Shown piece by piece: positions 63,895 through 64,000 of a stretch of DNA of 64,000 nucleotides. The notes beneath the pieces were generated by a model that made no database searches, was not told where the DNA came from, and saw nothing but the letters and a program-made list of their open reading frames with translations. Source of the stretch: Candidatus Hydrogenedentota bacterium (GTDB lineage Bacteria; Hydrogenedentota; Hydrogenedentia; Hydrogenedentales; SLHB01); assembly GCA_034408725.1 (NCBI GenBank), contig JAWXCN010000098.1:14996-78995 (forward strand), written 5' to 3'. Position numbers and translations under genes: made by a program. Positions within the stretch are counted from its first letter, which is position 1. Each line of letters begins with the position of its first letter.

Positions 63895-64000
63895 CGATTT
63901 ACGAAACCGGGCCGTTATCCAGACAGTCCAATTTGCCACAATGACGGTTGTGTCGGGTATTCAACAGTAAAACGAAATCAGCGAACCCTTGTCGCAGTGG

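Noticed and set aside
1-64000. tRNA, rRNA or tmRNA genes
   Set aside because: I scanned the intergenic regions for T-arm-like GGTTCGAATCC-type strings and cloverleaf spacing and found none. The few GGTTCGA hits lie inside CDSs. A tRNAscan or Infernal run would be decisive.

Overview
This is a high-GC (roughly 58-62% by eye), gene-dense bacterial chromosomal segment. I found no rRNA, tRNA or CRISPR array. The gene content suggests a PVC-type organism (Planctomycetota or a related candidate phylum), but that is inference only. The supporting genes are a PSCyt/DUF1588 + DUF1552 pair, a Tat-signal sulfatase, a 1,183-aa protein with about 12 CarboxypepD_reg-like repeats, and many short GC-rich palindromic intergenic repeats.

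I support about 55 protein genes.
- Housekeeping: ettA, mdh, trxA, asd, panE, amt.
- Transport: a translationally coupled sugar ABC operon with an NBD-NBD-permease fusion, and a TolC/MacA/split-MacB efflux operon.
- Lipid/CoA metabolism: a FAR-SDR fatty acyl-CoA reductase, a long acyl-CoA dehydrogenase, and a crotonase-UPF0261-cupin operon.
- A RimK-type ATP-grasp/GCS2 amidoligase pair.
- A lone 273-aa flagellin with a near-perfect sigma28 promoter, bracketed by two paralogous GT2-TPR proteins.
- A PilT-like ATPase with a long N-terminal extension.
- Several orphan antitoxin-like genes.

The clearest accessory region is 39.4-43.0 kb. It is a low-GC insertion carrying a DUF3800 gene and a double-DUF4352 membrane protein gene. 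Two decayed HUH/Y1 transposase genes are interleaved with it, and it abuts a 5'-truncated GH29 fucosidase.

At least seven families of palindromic or tandem short repeats populate the intergenic regions. One of them has inserted in frame into a DUF1015 gene. All functional calls rest on motif recognition by eye; no database search was run.
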